Shown piece by piece: positions 1-8,700 of a DNA stretch of 64,000 bases. The first letter of the stretch is position 1; each line of letters starts with the position of its first letter. A program made the position numbers and the translations under genes. The notes beneath the pieces are model-generated. The model saw nothing but the letters and a program-made list of their open reading frames with translations, was not told where the DNA came from and ran no database searches. Location of the stretch: the IMG/VR virus record IMGVR_UViG_3300028597_000007; one strand, written 5' to 3'. The DNA comes from a virus.

Positions 1-1
1 T

Positions 2-1540
2 CTGCTGATGACCGTCAAGACCTCCGACGCCGAGCACGTCGGCATGTACTCGTTCCTGATCGACGGCGCAGACATCCGTCTGACTCCGAAGGTCGACAAG
101 GTCGATGGCCGTGCCTACGAGACCCCGATCGTCATCGGCGACATCTACAACAGCCAGGACTACATCACCCGCGCCACCGAGCTGGTCACTCAGACCCGCC
201 AGGGCCGTGCGATCAACCTGATCGACGCCGGTGCCGTGATCCTGCCTGCCGCCTACAACATCGAAACCAACGGCGTGTACAACCTGCTGTACAAGGCCAC
301 CCTGGCACTGTACAACACCCTGAACTACGTCGTTCAGCTCGATGACCAACCAGCCTACACCCTGGCCGGTCGTAACCAAGGCGGCGAGCAACTGGTCGGC
401 CGTCTGAACTTCGGCGGCGAGCGTTACGTCGACGAAGTCGGCATGCCGCAGCGTCACGACGTTATCGTCGAGATGGATTCGGTCCGCAACCAGCAGAACC
501 GCGACTTCGCCGGCGCCTCCAGCAACATCACCAAGGTTGCCGGTTACATGGAGCCGGTGTACGCGCAGCCTGACCCGCAGAACCCTGCCAACAACCAGCC
601 GTTCTTCAACCAGATGGTGATCACCCAGATCGCCTCCGGCTTCGACGCGCAGGAAGTTGAAATGTCCCTGCTGGGCCTGGTCACTGCGACCATGGTGCAG
701 ATCCGCAATGGCTGGGCTGACGCCTACCTGCCGCGCTTCGCCAACCAGGGCAAGGAGCTGAACTTCCGTGACGTCGGCGCCCTGGGCTTCTGCGTACCGG
801 AAAATGCTCGTATCGACACCAAGGCTGCCAGCTTCAAGGAAAACTTCGGCAACTTCATGCGCGATTTCTTCCGCCTGAACGCCGGTGTGATCTTCGCGAT
901 CGATATCCCAGAAGTCGGTCCTGACGCCTTCATCATGGACATCTTCCGCGCTGCTGCCTCGGGCAACGGCAACGCCATCAAGGCGCTGACCGATGCGTGC
1001 AACAACCTGACCGGTGGTATCTACGGCCAGAAAGCTGCAGCCATCGGTGGTGGCTTCCCGCTGTTCATCGATACCGGCAACCGCATCCACAACGGTTACT
1101 ACGCTTCCGAAACCGGCGAGCTGCGTGACATTCGTGATGTGGACCTGCTGGCCGTCGCCAACGTCCTGGGCAAGACCAACCCACAGGCGCTCATCGACTA
1201 CGCTGATTCGTTCGCTGCCGGCACCGCCCAAGCGCCGATCCGTATGTCCAAGCGTTTGGCCATCATCGACGACGTGCTGCAAGGTCGTCAGGTGATCACT
1301 GGCTACTCCGGCCGCTACATCATCGGCCCTGTGTTCCTGCGCGTCCTGTCGGAAGCCTGCCAAGCCTGCGGCCTGGTTGTCAACCCAGCGAACATGGTTC
1401 ACGGTCTGGGTTCGGGTCAGGTCCTGGGTGGCTACGACTACGGCGCATTCGCAGCTGGTGCTGCTGGTGCTGGCGTGTTCAACGGCGGTGGCAACACCGC
1501 GGCCAACACCGCTGCTTACGGCGGTCGTTCGGTCTGGTAA
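2..1540 (+). CDS. chmA: Chimallin / phage nuclear shell protein (5'-truncated by window edge)
   Basis: Frame is open from base 2. Contains NRIHNGYY..GELRDIRDVDLLAVAN, recalled as chimallin-like. Lies directly upstream of the catalytic nvRNAP beta' gene, as phiKZ gp54 does to gp55. Strong C-ending codon bias. Confidence 0.85.
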   Translation: MLMTVKTSDAEHVGMYSFLIDGADIRLTPKVDKVDGRAYETPIVIGDIYNSQDYITRATELVTQTRQGRAINLIDAGAVILPAAYNIETNGVYNLLYKATLALYNTLNYVVQLDDQPAYTLAGRNQGGEQLVGRLNFGGERYVDEVGMPQRHDVIVEMDSVRNQQNRDFAGASSNITKVAGYMEPVYAQPDPQNPANNQPFFNQMVITQIASGFDAQEVEMSLLGLVTATMVQIRNGWADAYLPRFANQGKELNFRDVGALGFCVPENARIDTKAASFKENFGNFMRDFFRLNAGVIFAIDIPEVGPDAFIMDIFRAAASGNGNAIKALTDACNNLTGGIYGQKAAAIGGGFPLFIDTGNRIHNGYYASETGELRDIRDVDLLAVANVLGKTNPQALIDYADSFAAGTAQAPIRMSKRLAIIDDVLQGRQVITGYSGRYIIGPVFLRVLSEACQACGLVVNPANMVHGLGSGQVLGGYDYGAFAAGAAGAGVFNGGGNTAANTAAYGGRSVW

Positions 1541-1544
1541 GGAA

Positions 1545-1725
1545 TTCGGCAGACGCCTCCTAGGGGGGCGCCTAGCTGGATAGCTGTTGGTTGACCTAAA
1601 ACAAACTGCGTCATTCGGGGGTGGCTCCTCATTGGGATAAATCGACCGACAGCGAACAGGATGCAACGAAAGCCGCTTAGCCGAAGGCTAGGCAAAGATC
1701 ATGGGTAGGCTGCCCAGTTGTATCC
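1545..1725 (+). ncRNA. Candidate structured RNA / structured 3' UTR after chimallin
   Basis: 12-bp stem 1583-1594/1642-1653 and 9-bp stem 1659-1667/1717-1725, with all mismatches being G-U pairs on the + strand. Internal hairpins at 1676-1692 and 1702-1716. Confidence 0.5.
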
Positions 1726-1731
1726 GGGTAT

Positions 1732-1761
1732 AGCCGCCCTCCGGGGCGGCTTTACTTATGC
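1732..1761 (+). terminator. GC hairpin followed by TATGC
   Basis: agccgccc-tccg-gggcggct, then TATGC at 1757-1761. Confidence 0.65.
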
Positions 1762-1791
1762 CCCAATTTACTTTTTATGGGAGATTAGGCG

Positions 1792-3300
1792 GTGGGACTA
1801 TATGCCTACGTTGTTGACCATAAGGAGATCCTCCAGACAATGGAAGAGCCTCCGATGGTGGTCAATGATCTCAACTTGGACTTCGGTACCAAAGAGGGCA
1901 AAGACCAGCTGGCCATGTACCTGTCGTTTCAATTCGACGGTGACGTGATTCCTGCGGTCCCAACCTGTCTGGGTGGCCACATTGGCGGTGAGGATAAGCT
2001 CGGCGTCAAGTGCAAGATCTGTGACACCCGTGTAGCCAACCTGGTTGATCGTGCAGTAGACCAAGGGGTATGGATTCGTCCGCCGGAAGGTGTGAAGGGA
2101 TTCATCAACCCTGAAGTCTGGAACGTGCTATCGCCACGGCTGACCCCGCTCAAGTCGTTCTCGATGATGAGCTGGGTGTGTGACCCCAACTACAGCGAAA
2201 CGCTGCCAGCGTACCAAGGCGTGCTCGAAGAGTACAAGAAGGTGCACAAGCGTGGTATGAACTACGTGCTGGAAAACTTCGATGAGGTAATCCGCTTCAT
2301 CATCACATCGAAGCTCTGTAGTAAGCTGTCGATGCAGGACAAGGCTGACATCCAGCTCTTCCTGCTGCAGAACCGCGACAAGGTAGTTCAGCAGTATCTT
2401 CCGCTGCCGAGTTCCATCTTCGTGGTTTCTGAAAAGACAGCGATGGGTACTTACGCCGACGAAAAGACGCCGGCGTTGTTGGATGCGATCTACATGATCA
2501 CCTCCACCTACGGTTCTGCCATTGCGCTGAACCAGCGTCAACGTGAATCGCACACAGCCCGGTTCATGGCTGCGATTGGTCCGTGTTACCAGAACATCTG
2601 TACCAAGTTCATCGGTAGCAAGTATGGTCTGATCCGTCGCCAGCTGATCGGTTCGCGTCTGCACTTCACTGGTCGTGGTGTAATCACCTCCATCAGCGAT
2701 GCGCATCATTACGAAGAGATCCACGTCCCATGGGCCTTCGCAGTGCAGATCCTCGAACCACACCTGCAATCCAAGCTGATGCGTCGCGGCATGTCTGCGA
2801 ACGAAGCGTTGGAGTTCCTCGAAGACCACACGCTGCAATGGCATCCACTGCTGCGCCAACTGTTCGACGAGCTGATTGCAGAAGCTCCACCGATCGACGA
2901 CTTCCCACCAGGGATCTTCGAAGATCTGGACGAAGACCCATCGCTGCTGCGTGGCATCCCATGCCTGTTCCAGCGTAACCCTTCGTTGACCCGCCTGTCG
3001 GCACAATGCTTGCGCATTACCCGAATCAAAGACGATGTCGAGGATTACACGATCTCGGTTTCGAACATGATCCTGGTGAGCTGGAACGCCGACTACGATG
3101 GCGACGAACTGAACATGCTGCTCTGCCTCGACAAGAAGATGCTGAGCTGGTTCAACCGTTTCCGTCCACACCTGGGCATGCGTTCGCTGAGAGAGCCACG
3201 CGCACTGTCCGACAACCAGAAAATCCACGCACCAGTAGCCGCCACCTGGGCGCACTACGTGCACCACTCTGAACGTAAGGCACCCCCAAGCGTTCATTAG
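1792..3300 (+). CDS. nvRNAP beta' N-terminal (catalytic) subunit, phiKZ gp55-like
   Basis: NADYDGDELN catalytic motif; GSRLHFTGRGVI and FQRNPSL match conserved beta' regions; N-terminal Cys cluster; GTG start with GGGAG RBS. Confidence 0.93.
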   Translation: MGLYAYVVDHKEILQTMEEPPMVVNDLNLDFGTKEGKDQLAMYLSFQFDGDVIPAVPTCLGGHIGGEDKLGVKCKICDTRVANLVDRAVDQGVWIRPPEGVKGFINPEVWNVLSPRLTPLKSFSMMSWVCDPNYSETLPAYQGVLEEYKKVHKRGMNYVLENFDEVIRFIITSKLCSKLSMQDKADIQLFLLQNRDKVVQQYLPLPSSIFVVSEKTAMGTYADEKTPALLDAIYMITSTYGSAIALNQRQRESHTARFMAAIGPCYQNICTKFIGSKYGLIRRQLIGSRLHFTGRGVITSISDAHHYEEIHVPWAFAVQILEPHLQSKLMRRGMSANEALEFLEDHTLQWHPLLRQLFDELIAEAPPIDDFPPGIFEDLDEDPSLLRGIPCLFQRNPSLTRLSAQCLRITRIKDDVEDYTISVSNMILVSWNADYDGDELNMLLCLDKKMLSWFNRFRPHLGMRSLREPRALSDNQKIHAPVAATWAHYVHHSERKAPPSVH

Positions 3301-3314
3301 TCAGGAGCAAATGC

Positions 3315-3692
3315 ATGAAACAGTTGGGCCCCATTCTGACCAGCGTCGTGCAGGAACAAACTGAACACCAGGACGCGTCCATCCAGGGCATGATCTCGGA
3401 AAGTGATGCAGTCAACTCCGTCATCGACGGCGTGACCATCGTTGTCCTGGAGAAGCTCGCCATGGCAACTGCTCTGGCCATTCCGATGGCACTGAGCGAT
3501 GGCAAGAAGGTCGACCTGAGTAAGATCCAACGGGGTCGAGTAAAGATTGTAGAAGGTCTGCTGGAAATGCTGGAAGGCCAGGAAGAACTCCTGGAATTCG
3601 TCGGCGAAGAGCAGGTCCTCGGTGACGCTGATGTGCTGGCCGCACTCCGCGAATTCATCGACTACAACACCCCAGAAAAGGAGGCAGCATGA
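3315..3692 (+). CDS. Hypothetical acidic helical protein
   Basis: AGGAG RBS, ATG start, phage-like codon usage, coupled to the next ORF. Confidence 0.75.
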   Translation: MKQLGPILTSVVQEQTEHQDASIQGMISESDAVNSVIDGVTIVVLEKLAMATALAIPMALSDGKKVDLSKIQRGRVKIVEGLLEMLEGQEELLEFVGEEQVLGDADVLAALREFIDYNTPEKEAA

Positions 3693-4126
3693 GTCTCGAA
3701 AAATACAGTACCCTGCACAAGTACGTGCAGCGTATCGCGGAAGATGACCTGTGCGAAGAGCAGGACGATGCCGCGGCAGTGGCCTACGGCGTAGGTCAAG
3801 TCGTGTGCGCGGTTGGCAACACCATCCAGGCCGCCGCCCAGCGCCTGTACAATGCCAACAACCCGGAAGCCGTGCAGAACTTCCATGCCGGGGTTAGCAT
3901 GATCGCTGACCATGTCAAGCAGATGGCTGAAGAAGTCAGTGAGATGGTTGCCCCATTCGCCGAAGTTACCGACGGCGTCATGGGCGGCGCACTGGCCAAT
4001 GAAGCCGCCATGTTCAACGACGGTGTCCACAACACCCTGCTGAACGAAGCACAGCTGTTCCTCAGCGAGCACCTCGTAGCTGAAGCGAACAAAACCCACG
4101 GCGAAGCGCCTAAGGAAGCACAATGA
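3689..4126 (+). CDS. Hypothetical acidic protein
   Basis: GGAGG RBS; ATGA overlap with the upstream ORF. Confidence 0.8.
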   Translation: MSLEKYSTLHKYVQRIAEDDLCEEQDDAAAVAYGVGQVVCAVGNTIQAAAQRLYNANNPEAVQNFHAGVSMIADHVKQMAEEVSEMVAPFAEVTDGVMGGALANEAAMFNDGVHNTLLNEAQLFLSEHLVAEANKTHGEAPKEAQ

Positions 4127-4548
4127 GCAAGAACCTGAGCAAGTACGCAGCACTGCATCGCCTGACCAACGAGCTGAACATCGAAGACCAGTCGAGCGAA
4201 GGCGCCCCGATGAGCGACGATCGCCGTGTCGTGGCTACCGTCGGCGCTGCTGTAATGACCCTGGGCATGGGTATGACCGAACTGGCCACCTCCAACGAAC
4301 TGCCAGAAGAGCAGGTTGGTAAGCTGCTGGAGCTGGCCGGCAATTTGGCCGTGCATACGGCCGTCGGTTTCGACACTCTGGTCGATATCGACAAAACCAG
4401 CATCGGCGTCAGCATCGCTGGCGACATCGCCCAGGATGTTGAAGGTGTTGACATCTTCACCATGGGTCTGCGTGAAGTGTCCAGCTACGTGGCCGAGCGC
4501 CCGAAGCCAATCCCGCTGGCCGAGCAAGCCGTGCCAGCAAGCGAGTAA
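4123..4548 (+). CDS. Hypothetical acidic protein, possible paralog of the upstream ORF
   Basis: ATGA overlap; N-terminus LSKYAALHR resembles LEKYSTLHK of the previous ORF. Confidence 0.8.
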   Translation: MSKNLSKYAALHRLTNELNIEDQSSEGAPMSDDRRVVATVGAAVMTLGMGMTELATSNELPEEQVGKLLELAGNLAVHTAVGFDTLVDIDKTSIGVSIAGDIAQDVEGVDIFTMGLREVSSYVAERPKPIPLAEQAVPASE

Positions 4549-4551
4549 GTT

Positions 4552-5193
4552 ATGAACCAGGTGATCTATGGAGACGAGGGCGCAATCAACGAGCTGGTGT
4601 ATGGCTCGCGAAGTGACGCCTTGATTACTGAGCTGAAGCAACAGATCAGTATTCAGAACCCAATGCTCACCGAACAAGGTCGACTGCATGCTCAGCACGC
4701 CCACCGGGTATTTGAAGAGGTATCCGGTTGGGATGTTGTCCGCGCTGCTCGTCGAGCAGTTGCAGCAGCAGAAGGCTATGTCCAGAGTAGTCAGATCGCA
4801 CTCTATGAGACGGTTGAGCAATTCCAGATGGCCCCTCCACGCCAACAGCGTTGGATCATGGCTCATCCAGAAACTCGCCGCCTGTTCCAAGACGGGCGCA
4901 TTGACGGCTACTCCGAATCTTACGTCGACATCCAGCCCGACGCCATTGGTCGTGATCATTACGATTACAGCCTGGCTATCCATGGCGTCACTCGTGGTTA
5001 CGAGTTCGTCAAGGAAGATGGTGAGGTTGAACTGATGTATGAGAATACTCAGATCAAGCGTGATCTTGCCAGCTGGGATGAACCCCTGTCGCAGCGTAAC
5101 ATTCTGGACATCGCCAGACTGCACCAAGTCCAAGACGGCTTCTGCAAAGAAGGCGCTGAAGACTTCACCAGTCGATTCGGTGGCACCATCTGA
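4552..5193 (+). CDS. Conserved chimallivirus hypothetical protein (possibly phiKZ gp59/Imp3 position)
   Basis: RWIMAHPETRRLFQDGRIDGYS recalled from core hypothetical proteins; position between gp55-like and SbcD-like genes. Homolog identity unverified. Confidence 0.6.
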   Translation: MNQVIYGDEGAINELVYGSRSDALITELKQQISIQNPMLTEQGRLHAQHAHRVFEEVSGWDVVRAARRAVAAAEGYVQSSQIALYETVEQFQMAPPRQQRWIMAHPETRRLFQDGRIDGYSESYVDIQPDAIGRDHYDYSLAIHGVTRGYEFVKEDGEVELMYENTQIKRDLASWDEPLSQRNILDIARLHQVQDGFCKEGAEDFTSRFGGTI

Positions 5194-5199
5194 AGTGAG

Positions 5200-5252
5200 A
5201 ATGAGGGCGGCCTTCGGGTCGCCCTCATTTTTATGACGTATCTTTTTTTTTT
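5200..5252 (+). terminator. UUCG hairpin, TATGA and offset T10 tract
   Basis: 13-bp stem 5200-5212/5217-5229, TTCG loop, T10 at 5243-5252. Confidence 0.75.
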
Positions 5253-5267
5253 GTCTCGGAGTAGACC

Positions 5268-5702
5268 ATGCCTACCAATGCCGTTGTGACGTTATCCTCC
5301 GATGGGTGGGTAACAGCGATTGACAAGAAGTGTGACCGCATTCTGATGAACGCGTTCGCCAGTGATTTCTCCCAGTCCAATATGTTTGTCGGACAGATCA
5401 CTTCCATTCAGCACATGATCTATGCCGCGGGCCAGGATGTAAACGGTGCAGGTACCACCATCGCCAACGCATTGGAGCGGCTCTACAATCGCTTCTTCGA
5501 TTCCGCTATCTTTAAGTGCACCGTCACTGCGTGGGGCGATAATAGCGGGAGATATGATTTAGCGATCCAAGGGACAGTGGCCCAAGCCGGTCGGAAGTAT
5601 GACTTCGGTCGCCAACTTTCTTCGGCTAACGGTAAGATTGTCCAGTTCCTAACCAAGACTGGGGAAGTGATATGGTCGAATCAGACGGTGACGGGGCTGT
5701 AA
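5268..5702 (+). CDS. Conserved hypothetical protein, possibly T4 gp25-like baseplate fold
   Basis: GGAG RBS; a helix-helix-beta pattern loosely like gp25 wedge proteins (inference). Confidence 0.55.
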   Translation: MPTNAVVTLSSDGWVTAIDKKCDRILMNAFASDFSQSNMFVGQITSIQHMIYAAGQDVNGAGTTIANALERLYNRFFDSAIFKCTVTAWGDNSGRYDLAIQGTVAQAGRKYDFGRQLSSANGKIVQFLTKTGEVIWSNQTVTGL

Positions 5703-6007
5703 AGACTATTAAGGTGGGCGTCATTGCTCACCACCATCCCAACACTACAACTAGCCTCGTGGTCTCTGCGCTAAGGGCAATGGAGAACGTTGAGGTAGTC
5801 GAGTTGGGGGAGAAAGACATCCTCTTTACCGAAGACGGTATCCGGGCCTCCATCAAAGACCTCGTGGATAAGTTCCCCGAGTCGTCACTGCACTGCGGGC
5901 TTGAACTCATCTCGCCGTATGCGGGGATGGGTCGTCGAGGTAAAGGTGAAAAGAAACGAGAGCGTGCGCATCTGCGCAGGTTCTATGGAAGGAGGAATTC
6001 ATTTTGA
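5672..6007 (+). CDS. Small hypothetical protein with basic C-terminus
   Basis: ORF fills the gap between neighbours and ends GRRGKGEKKRERAHLRRFYGRR. Start position uncertain. Confidence 0.6.
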   Translation: MVESDGDGAVKTIKVGVIAHHHPNTTTSLVVSALRAMENVEVVELGEKDILFTEDGIRASIKDLVDKFPESSLHCGLELISPYAGMGRRGKGEKKRERAHLRRFYGRRNSF

Positions 6008-6669
6008 ACGACCAAGACTTGCAGAAGCTCAACGAGCATCACAACGCCGTTGCGGCTGAGGCCGATAAGATGCCTGCTGGCCTGCCTTACTCGATGCGAG
6101 AGGCGCTGGCAGAGCTGAAGGTGGGCGAATTGAACTCTCTGGTGCGAGTACCTGAGAGCATCTTCGTACGTGACATCCTCCCAGCGCTGTGCGGTGAACT
6201 CGGCACGCTGGTGGATTTCAAATGGTGGGGGTTCCGCTTCGGTAGTCCGTACAAGGGCTTCCTGATTGTCAAAGACCACAACCAGAGCGAGGTGTTGTTC
6301 GAGGCACCTCCCCTACTTGACCGCAACTTCAAACTACGTCCTGCCCGCTCCCCTAAGGATACGGTGCGTGAGGCGGCGGCCAATTACCAGAACCGCGCCT
6401 ACAGTCGCCCGCACCAGGCCAAGAACGAGTTCAACGACGCCTTGCGTGGTCGCCTGGACTTCTCTGAAACTGGCCAGGCCCTGAAGTTCATGACCATGTT
6501 GGATAAGATCTTCATCCACTACGGAAAACCCTCTATCTTTGAGTCGATCACCGACCCAGCAGTTCTGGAAGCGGTTGGTCACGAAAAGATAGAGAGTCCT
6601 GCAACCGCCGGGACCGTTTCGACAGTCTACGACGAGCAGGCATATTCCGATGATGGACTCTACGATTAA
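6004..6669 (+). CDS. Hypothetical protein
   Basis: GGAGG RBS before a TTG start; 221 aa. Confidence 0.7.
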   Translation: MNDQDLQKLNEHHNAVAAEADKMPAGLPYSMREALAELKVGELNSLVRVPESIFVRDILPALCGELGTLVDFKWWGFRFGSPYKGFLIVKDHNQSEVLFEAPPLLDRNFKLRPARSPKDTVREAAANYQNRAYSRPHQAKNEFNDALRGRLDFSETGQALKFMTMLDKIFIHYGKPSIFESITDPAVLEAVGHEKIESPATAGTVSTVYDEQAYSDDGLYD

Positions 6670-7831
6670 CATCGCCAGTGTCAGCGATGTTCACATGGGG
6701 CACCCCCGCACCCCGACGCAGTTGATCGCTGACAACTTCCGCAAGCACGTCCTGCCGGATAACGCAGTCACTGCCCAGCTGGATGTCCTGAACATCTGTG
6801 GTGATTTCTGGGACCGACTACTGAACTTACCAGAGGAAGAAGTATACATAGCCCGCCAGCTGATCGTGTACATCCTCCTTATCTGTGCCAAGTACGGTAT
6901 CATTCTGCGTGTTCTGGAGGGCACTCCCCGCCATGACCGCAAGCAGTCGAAGATCTTCCAGGAATTGATCGACATTCTCAATCTGGATATCGATTACAAG
7001 TACATGGACGGCTGCCAGATCGAGTACATTGAAAAGCTCGACAAGCATGTCCTGTACATCCAGGATGAGTACGAGACGCCAGAGGTTGCACTGGCAGAGT
7101 TTCGTCGTCTGTTGGCTGAACGTGGCCTGGAGAAAGTTGACTGGGCAGTGATGCATGGTCAGTATGAGTTCCAACTGCCGGACATTGGTAACGCTCGACA
7201 CAAGTGCCATGACTCCCGTGCCTACCTTGCACTGGTGCGGTACTTCATCTTCATTGGCCACGACCACACCCATTCCACATTGGAGCTGCCTGAGTTTAGC
7301 AGCATCATTTGTGCGCACGGTTCTTGTGATCGTTTGGCACATGGCGAGGAAGAGCCTAAAGGCCACGTACGAGCGCGTATCGAGCCCGATGGTAGTAGGA
7401 CACTCACGTTCGTCGAAAACACCGATGCGATGGACTACAGGACCTTAGACGTGGCAGGACTCTCGACCGATGAGGTGATTGTTCTGATCCGTGCACAAGA
7501 GCTGCGCGACGGCAGCCACATTCGTCTTAAGGGTGACATTTTTGACAAGGGGCTGCGGATGATTCGTCATCTGCGTAAAGACTTCCCACAATACCGTCTT
7601 GAGCCTTTCCCGGTCAAAGAGAAGAAGCGAGAAACTGAGCAGGTTGTGCAAATCTCCTCTCGGTATCTCCCCGTGCAGTTCGGCCCATCCAACATCACTT
7701 CGTTGACAATGGATTGGTTGGCGCGCAATGGGTATTCTGAAACGGAGATCAAGGATTGTGAGGATCACTTGAATGAGCAAATCAACGCAGGCACTCGCCA
7801 GCAGGGAGCAAGGGCAGTTCCCGATTTCTAA
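6650..7831 (+). CDS. SbcD/Mre11-like metallophosphoesterase nuclease
   Basis: Calcineurin-like motifs SDVH, GDFWD, GTPRHD (GNHD position), MHG and GHDH. Confidence 0.88.
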   Translation: MMDSTINIASVSDVHMGHPRTPTQLIADNFRKHVLPDNAVTAQLDVLNICGDFWDRLLNLPEEEVYIARQLIVYILLICAKYGIILRVLEGTPRHDRKQSKIFQELIDILNLDIDYKYMDGCQIEYIEKLDKHVLYIQDEYETPEVALAEFRRLLAERGLEKVDWAVMHGQYEFQLPDIGNARHKCHDSRAYLALVRYFIFIGHDHTHSTLELPEFSSIICAHGSCDRLAHGEEEPKGHVRARIEPDGSRTLTFVENTDAMDYRTLDVAGLSTDEVIVLIRAQELRDGSHIRLKGDIFDKGLRMIRHLRKDFPQYRLEPFPVKEKKRETEQVVQISSRYLPVQFGPSNITSLTMDWLARNGYSETEIKDCEDHLNEQINAGTRQQGARAVPDF

Positions 7832-8636
7832 GGGCACCAGTTACGCAATCGAGTCTCTGGTAAACATGCACCCGGATCGGGAGAAGATCAAGCCCGAACC
7901 GTTGTCGCAGATCGATGTGTTGTTGGTCAACATTCGTACGTTGTACCGCAACATGTTGGGCGGCTTGAAAGCGGCTGTGAAAGAGCAGGTACAGGCAGTG
8001 GACATCCCTGACTTCCTCTTTCAGGAAATGCAGCAGGTGCGTGCCGCGGTAGACAAGATCGGTCATGGCAGGGTGCAGGTGTTCTTCTACCTCTGCACCT
8101 ATCCTGACCTGAAGAAACATTTCCCCAAGGCCAACCTGATTGAACCCACAACGCTCAAGCAGAAGGCTGCCAAGGCAATGGAGGATCAGGTGATCGCTGC
8201 CATGGTGGCGAGTCCTCAACTGTACGGCTATCCAAAGATCTTCGAGTACACCGTGGAGGGTGGTAAGCTTGAGAACGAACGGGTGGCTCTGCTGACCCAC
8301 CTCCCCCTGGACTTGGTAAATCGCTACCAGTTCAAGGAGATGTATTTGCTAGAGAGCAACACTGGCGCATTCAAAAAGCCCAGCGAGTTCAATAGCAAGT
8401 TCAAGGTGAAACCAGAAGGCACGCACCTCCCCTTCTCGGCGTTCACCCTGCAGATCTTTGGCGACGGTGGGAAGATGTTTATGCCCATGGCGTCTGAGAT
8501 TACGAATTCCGTAGCGGAGCTGGCGAGGAAGAATCGCTGGACTCCACTGACCACTGCCGAGAAGATCAGGTACAACCTGGACAACTCGCAGGGCAACAAG
8601 TTTTCAGGTTTCCTGAAGGCATTACTGCGCGAGTAA
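7773..8636 (+). CDS. Conserved chimallivirus hypothetical protein (phiKZ gp66 position)
   Basis: 287-aa ORF between the SbcD-like and ChmC-like genes. Confidence 0.75.
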   Translation: MSKSTQALASREQGQFPISKGTSYAIESLVNMHPDREKIKPEPLSQIDVLLVNIRTLYRNMLGGLKAAVKEQVQAVDIPDFLFQEMQQVRAAVDKIGHGRVQVFFYLCTYPDLKKHFPKANLIEPTTLKQKAAKAMEDQVIAAMVASPQLYGYPKIFEYTVEGGKLENERVALLTHLPLDLVNRYQFKEMYLLESNTGAFKKPSEFNSKFKVKPEGTHLPFSAFTLQIFGDGGKMFMPMASEITNSVAELARKNRWTPLTTAEKIRYNLDNSQGNKFSGFLKALLRE

Positions 8637-8700
8637 AACGTAACCGGATCAGGTTATTGTTTGAAGGCCATGACCCCAAATTTTCACTAGGAGCAACACC

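Noticed and set aside
1655-1730. Hammerhead ribozyme or c-di-GMP riboswitch reading of the three-way junction
   Set aside because: No CUGAnGA core on either strand; GAAA and GCAAAG are present but not in c-di-GMP-I order.
6650-7831. SbcD-like nuclease without an adjacent SbcC, as a novel system
   Set aside because: In phiKZ-like phages the ATPase partner is, from memory, encoded elsewhere; it may lie outside the window.
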